Shown: one piece after another, positions 59,470 through 64,000 of the stretch
How the letters are laid out: the number at the start of each line of letters is the position of its first letter
Position numbering within the stretch: the first letter of the stretch is position 1
NCBI GenBank assembly: GCA_037439425.1
Contig: JBBIWA010000022.1
Location: 1 to 64,000 of the forward strand
Reading direction: 5' to 3'
Length of the DNA: 64,000 nucleotides
DNA from: Acidobacteriota bacterium
GTDB taxonomy: Bacteria > Acidobacteriota > Blastocatellia > RBC074
Translations under genes and position numbers: made by a program
Notes under the pieces: generated by a model
The model's input: the letters and a program-made list of their open reading frames with translations, nothing else
Database searches by the model: none
What the model was told of the DNA's origin: nothing

Positions 59470-61758
59470 CTATTGGCGCAAGAAGCGGAAGCTCAGTCCG
59501 AGGGTGAGTGTAATTGGATAGCCGGGCGTGCCGTGGATGCGCGCCACAACCGGATCACCCGGCCGCAGGCGCGACTCAAAGTAGTTCTGGGTCTCGTAGT
59601 ATCGCTTGTTGCCCAAGTTGTCTATCGAGAGATTGAAGTCTACTCCGCGCCTGATCTCTTTGGTCACGCTCAGGTCTAAAACATCAAAACCTGAAGCACG
59701 CACGGTCGGGTCTTCACCGTCCAGGCGATAGCTGCTGATGTGGCGATAGCGCAGCGAGGCGCTGAAACCGCGCCAGCCAGCGAGCGTGAGCGCCGCATTG
59801 GCGGTGAAATGTGGCGCGCTGTCTAGGTAAATCCTTGGCCCCGTGCCGCGAAAGAACGCGTTCATCACGCGCGTCAGCCCGCCATTGAAAGTCAAAGAGC
59901 GCGTGATGCGGAGCGAGCTTTTCACCTCAAACCCATAGGCGCGGCTGGGGCCTTTGAACTCGATGCTGCCATCATCTGGGACGTAGACCTGTTCGTTCGA
60001 CCGATCAATCAAAAACAGGTCCGTGGCGAGCGAGACGCGCTTGAAGTTGTGCGCAGTGCCCAGTTGGTAGAAATTAGTGCGTGAGATTTTGGGCCCTTCG
60101 GGTTTTTGGACGACGCCGCGCGCATCCTGGCTGGAGATGCCGCGCCCGTAGTTGAAATAGATCGTAAGCGGCAGGCGATCAGAAGGCGTCACCGCAAGGT
60201 TGAATTTCGGCTGCAGTTGCGAAGCTCCCTGCGCGCCCGCAAGCTGCGGATCAACTTTGTCCTCAACCTGGAAACGGAAGTAATCGTAGCGCAATCCACC
60301 TTCCAGGTGCAGATGACCGCGCCATAGCTCCAGGCTTTGCTGTGCATAGCCAGCCGTATTGGTCACATGCGCATTGGCTTTGGTAACACTGCTTCGAGGC
60401 ACACGCCCGAGTGAACGAAACAATCCGACGTTGATCTGGTTGTCGTGGAAATTGGCGCCCACCACTATCAGCGCGCGCTGTCCGAAGAGTTGATACGGGA
60501 GCAGATACTGCACATTAGCCCCTTCCTGCAAACGCGAATCGTGCTGCTGAATCTCGTCACCGTTCACTTCGTCGTTCAGGAAGAAAGTGAAGTTCGAGTA
60601 GAGGTCGAACAGCGAACGCGCGACGAAGCCGTCGAGTTTGAAGATGGAGCCTTGGCTCGACTCCCTTTTGAAGTAGGCGCTGAAGACTCCGCTGCGCATG
60701 CGCCCACCATTGTCGGGGTCAATGAAGCCGAAGCGATCAAGTCGTCCTGCCGCCACTTCGTCCAGCGGGATCTGGCCTGAGGAAGAGAAATCGTTGCGCC
60801 CGAAGTTGAACTTGAACCCGAGCATGGCGTCTGGCCGCAATCGTCGAATGTAGTTGCCCGTCACATTGTCGCGCTTGTAGCGCAGCGGATTTTTGAACGG
60901 CCCATCCGTGCGCGAGCTCTCATAGGCAATCAGAGCATTATCATTCTTCAACTCTGGACTGTAGGCGAGAAATGAGCGGAAGCTGCCAAACGAGCCGCTT
61001 TGCAAGCGCGCGGTCAGTTGATCAGGCAGGCGCTCTTTCAAGCGAATGTGCACCACGCCCAGGCCGGAAAAGTCACCGTACTGGGCGCTGAATGGCCCAT
61101 TGAGAATCTCTACCGCCTCGACCAGCTCTGGCGAGAGGCTTTTTAACTGGCCGAGGTAGCCCTGACCGTGGCCTTGCGTGCCTTGATTCTGCTGGACGTT
61201 GTCAAGGAGCACCTTCAAGCCGCCGCTTACACCGCCGTGATCGAGATTGAAGCCGAAGCGGCGGATCTCTAACGATTTGCCCCCGCCTTCGTGTTGCCCC
61301 GCATTGATGCCCGCATCGAGCGTATGAAAGACCTGATCATCGCGCGCAAAGAGCGTGTTGCGATAAATAGCATCGTTGCGCCGATTAATACTCGGATCAA
61401 GCTGCGCAGCCGTGATGACCAAGCTTTCGTGGATGGGCGCAATGAGGTATTCAATCTCAAAGCGCAGATTTTCTGCGGCCTCGCCTTTGCCTATCACTCT
61501 TTCCTGCACCGCAACATTTTTGCCCTCAATTCTCACACTGAGCGGTTCGTCGGGAACCGTCAGGCGAAACTCACCTTCGCTATCGCTCACGGTTTTTTGT
61601 TCGCCAGCGGAAGAGCGGACAATCACCGAAACTCCAGCCACCGCTTCATTCTTCGGAGTCACGATGGTGCCAGAGAGAGTGCGAGTAGTGTTGGTCTGCG
61701 CTCCGACCTGGCCACAGACAAAGACAGACAGCAACAGAGAGTGTAGACAACGTTTCAT
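59470..61758 (-). CDS. TonB-dependent receptor with N-terminal carboxypeptidase-regulatory-like domain
   Basis: Signal peptide, CarboxypepD_reg-like region, plug motif (ILNGPFSAQYGDFSGLGVV), beta-barrel. Confidence 0.85.
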   Translation of the reverse strand: MKRCLHSLLLSVFVCGQVGAQTNTTRTLSGTIVTPKNEAVAGVSVIVRSSAGEQKTVSDSEGEFRLTVPDEPLSVRIEGKNVAVQERVIGKGEAAENLRFEIEYLIAPIHESLVITAAQLDPSINRRNDAIYRNTLFARDDQVFHTLDAGINAGQHEGGGKSLEIRRFGFNLDHGGVSGGLKVLLDNVQQNQGTQGHGQGYLGQLKSLSPELVEAVEILNGPFSAQYGDFSGLGVVHIRLKERLPDQLTARLQSGSFGSFRSFLAYSPELKNDNALIAYESSRTDGPFKNPLRYKRDNVTGNYIRRLRPDAMLGFKFNFGRNDFSSSGQIPLDEVAAGRLDRFGFIDPDNGGRMRSGVFSAYFKRESSQGSIFKLDGFVARSLFDLYSNFTFFLNDEVNGDEIQQHDSRLQEGANVQYLLPYQLFGQRALIVVGANFHDNQINVGLFRSLGRVPRSSVTKANAHVTNTAGYAQQSLELWRGHLHLEGGLRYDYFRFQVEDKVDPQLAGAQGASQLQPKFNLAVTPSDRLPLTIYFNYGRGISSQDARGVVQKPEGPKISRTNFYQLGTAHNFKRVSLATDLFLIDRSNEQVYVPDDGSIEFKGPSRAYGFEVKSSLRITRSLTFNGGLTRVMNAFFRGTGPRIYLDSAPHFTANAALTLAGWRGFSASLRYRHISSYRLDGEDPTVRASGFDVLDLSVTKEIRRGVDFNLSIDNLGNKRYYETQNYFESRLRPGDPVVARIHGTPGYPITLTLGLSFRFLRQ

Positions 61759-61836
61759 CCTGCTTCTCTAAAGAGACATCCGTTCAATCAACCAGTAGCC
61801 ACCTGCCAGGGCAATCAGCAGAGAACTCCCAGGCAC

Positions 61837-61912
61837 ATCCAATTGCGAATTGCGGATTGCGAATTTTGGATTCGGAATTACTGCCTTCTTTCAATTCGCA
61901 ATTCGAAATTGG
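61837..61912. repeat. Inverted pair of GAATTGC-heptamer arrays (caattgcgaattgcggattgcgaatt ... aattcgcaattcgaaatt) around a 35-nt spacer
   Basis: Seen directly. It is the same motif as at 308-349. Confidence 0.8.
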
Positions 61913-63125
61913 TGTATGAAGGTCGCTTCCTCGATTGCCAGATCAAGGGAAGAACCAAAGCTGCTATCGCGATTTGTCCCAATTCTACTCCGAGATTGAA
62001 GGAAAGCAAGGGCAGCGCTACGCTACTGCCATCTGAACTCAGACCCAGCTCGCCGAACACGGTCGCAAAGCCGAAGCTAGGCACCAGACCAAAGGCGAAG
62101 GTCAACAGCCAGCTATGTTTCAACTCACCTTACCAGATATGCGGCCCCTGGGAGCGCACGCATCCTGCGTGCCAGGCTCTCACGCAGGATTGCCTCCAAG
62201 CCACAGGGCTGCTCCCCCGAAGATCAGCACGCAAGATGCTTGCGCTCCCAGGGCGACCACATCCAAAAAGTCTCCTTACCGAAAAAGCCTCATTGGTGGC
62301 CGCACGAAATATATTTTCCAGCCCGGCGTAGATGATTGAGATGGCAATCAGCGGCTCGATCACTTCTGGCGGAATCCGCATCAGGTCCAAGGTGGCCAGC
62401 GCTAGCGTGAGCGAATGGGCCAGCGTGAATTATGTGCTGACCCTCACGGCGGATCGAAAGTGGCTGCCCGCAAGCAACAGGGCCAACAGAAAGGCCAGGT
62501 GATCGTATCCGGTCAGAATGTGCTCGACACCAAGAACCAAAAACTGCTGGAAGGAGCGAGGCCGGGCAGCGGCTGCTCGCAGTTGCGCCAGATTGCCTTC
62601 AAATCCGTCTTGGCTGGAATCGAGCAATCGCTCGGCCAGGACGCTTCCCTGCCCCTCGCGCACCGAAAGATGCTGCCGGTGGCCGCGCGCCAGCTTGTGA
62701 ATGATCGTTGAGCGTAAGCTGAGCTGCGTTGCCTTGCCAGGGAATTTCAAAAAGAAATGAAGAGCATTGCTATCATCAAACTGCACTCGCACTTCGCTGG
62801 CCAGTACGCGCTGCCCATCGAACTGGATTTCAATTGCCTCCGCCGCCAACCTCGCCAGCCGTGATTGCGCAGCCGCCAATTCAGTTTGGGCGAGCTGTCG
62901 GTTCTGATTGGTGTCTGGCAGGATCAACGTTTCAATCTCACTCCGAGCGAAGGTGAGATGCGCAGCCAGATGATCTTGTTTCACTCGCAGCTCAACCCCA
63001 CTCAATACTGGATCGTGCGCCAAGGCTGTGGCGACTGCCAGGAAGAGAAAGACAAGCAACAAGCAGACAAAGGGAGCAAAGCTGCTCGGCGTGAACTGCT
63101 CGGCTTGATTATGGGCGTGGCGCAT
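61878..63125 (-). pseudogene. HupE/UreJ-family membrane protein, disrupted by two in-frame TAA stops (62430-62432, 62130-62132) and a 105-bp in-frame MITE-like insertion
   Basis: One frame contains HILTGYDHLAFLLALLLAG, FTLAHSLTLALA, IEPLIAISIIYAGLEN and FNLGVELGQIAIAALV across three ORF-track ORFs. Confidence 0.6.
62148..62252. repeat. MITE/REP-like element copy (CCTGGGAGCGCACGC...GCGCTCCCAGG) inside the hupE reading frame
   Basis: Seen directly. The length is 105 bp, which is 35 codons. Confidence 0.8.
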
Positions 63126-63276
63126 GGTTTCTTGGCTGGAGCGGGAAACACCAAAGTCAGGCGCTCAAGCGCGGAATTTTTGCTACCTCAGTCCCCTTCG
63201 ACCGCGGCCCGAAAATGGTAACGCTTCGACAAAGACCGCCCGTAGCATCGCCTCAGAAGTATGCTCTTTCTTGTAA

Positions 63277-63610
63277 GGTCGGCATCGCGTCGCTATAGAT
63301 AAGCCGCTCCTGAGCGCAGCTGAAAAACGTGCGCTGCTGCCTGCTATCAACAGCTCGCTCCTCACGGAGCTGAAAAGCGTCCGACAGAGGTTCCTACAGC
63401 CCCAGCGGGGCGACCTGTCTATAGCAAGTGGTGAAGGAAAGTAAGCCTAGCTGCAGTTAGGAGCGACCTATTAATCGCTGCTCATAGCTCGTTCCTGCCC
63501 GTAGCTGAAGACTTTCCGCATCGCGTCGCTCTAGATAGGCCGCTCCTAACGGAACAGAGCGATCTCTCAATCAATGCCCAGAGCTCGCTCCTACTACGGC
63601 CAGGCACTTG
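63277..63610. repeat. Irregular cluster of degenerate roughly 25-bp hairpin repeats (AGCTCGCTCCTNACGGAGCTGAA) and a 28-bp direct repeat (GCATCGCGTCGCTNTAGATARGCCGCTCCT)
   Basis: Seen directly. Spacing (55/130/95) and identity are irregular. Confidence 0.6.
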
Positions 63611-63637
63611 CCCCGTTGTGGCAGCAACTCGACTCCC

Positions 63638-64000
63638 TCACGCTGCTTTCTTCGCTGCGGCGGCTTTCCCGCGCCGAATTTGCATTTCGTTGAGCAAGTA
63701 GCCTGCGCCAGCGAACTTATCGGTAATGAACAGCACGTAGCGAATGTCTACCGCGATAGTGCGCGATAGCGCTGGATTGTAGACATAATCGCTGCCGAGC
63801 CCTTCGTAGTTGCCATCAAAGACCAGCCCGATAATTTCCCCGCGCCCGTTCATCAGCGGGCTGCCAGAGTTGCCGCCCGTGATGTCGGTTGTGGCAATGA
63901 AATTGGCCGGCACATCGTTGAGGCGCGGGTCAATATAATCGCCGAAATCCTTCTTCGCACGCAGCTCTTTGAGTTTGGCCGGCACATCGAACGGTTCTTC
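63638..64000 (-). CDS. S46-family dipeptidyl-peptidase, C-terminal part (gene continues beyond window end)
   Basis: TGGNSGSP catalytic-Ser motif and the C-terminal [17 protein letters not shown]. Confidence 0.75.
   Translation of the reverse strand, partial: EEPFDVPAKLKELRAKKDFGDYIDPRLNDVPANFIATTDITGGNSGSPLMNGRGEIIGLVFDGNYEGLGSDYVYNPALSRTIAVDIRYVLFITDKFAGAGYLLNEMQIRRGKAAAAKKAA

Noticed and set aside
63277-63610. Possible CRISPR array (repeated about 25-28-bp units)
   Set aside because: Repeats are degenerate (many mismatches), irregularly spaced (55/130/95 bp) and of two different types. No cas genes are nearby.

Overview
High-GC bacterial chromosome segment with an Acidobacteria-like signature. 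The evidence for that is two carboxypeptidase-regulatory-domain TonB-dependent receptors, a PEP-CTERM protein, squalene-hopene cyclase and many secreted hydrolases. It is mostly housekeeping and stress genes on both strands. Left to right, the main content is: an IS4-family transposase stub and a repeat-rich 1.3 kb non-coding stretch; a ROK glucokinase / beta-carbonic-anhydrase-like / flotillin / NfeD operon; an ECF sigma / anti-sigma / secreted protein / TonB-receptor cluster preceded by a 5x tandem 10-mer; an oxidative-stress and Fe-S island (DUF3501, HdrD-like CCG Fe-S protein, rubrerythrin, Dps, PerR-like Fur, ErpA, ApbC, SufR-like); korAB 2-oxoacid:ferredoxin oxidoreductase followed by two CBS proteins and an orphan NuoI-type ferredoxin; assorted transporters and hydrolases; shc with an overlapping small SAM-MTase; sulfatase; a creatininase pseudogene abutting an IS200/IS605 element (frameshifted tnpA, intact tnpB); a DUF3810 / RidA / ornithine-cyclodeaminase block; a PEP-CTERM protein; an acyl/benzoate-CoA ligase; a POT peptide transporter; TauE; an orphan sigma54 NtrC-type regulator; an M19 dipeptidase; a fused hemC-hemD; MoxR-DUF58; PBP4; a second TonB receptor; a HupE/UreJ pseudogene; and a partial S46 peptidase. 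No rRNA, intact tRNA or CRISPR was seen. The most distinctive unexplained signal is a family of about 100-150 bp MITE/REP-like elements, with 20-bp terminal inverted repeats (AAAATCCTGGGTACGCACGC ... GCGTGCGTACCCAGGATTTT) and internal GCACGC(A)-loop-(T)GCGTGC hairpins, present in at least 7 copies confined to intergenic DNA. One copy (105 bp, in-frame) sits inside the hupE pseudogene. Three unrelated genes (rhodanese TGA, creatininase TAA, hupE TAA) carry single in-frame stop codons. Together with the IS remnants and a tRNA 3' fragment, this suggests gene decay or local mobile-element scars. TGA recoding or sequencing error cannot be excluded from sequence alone. All functional calls rest on motif recognition by eye. 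No database search was run.
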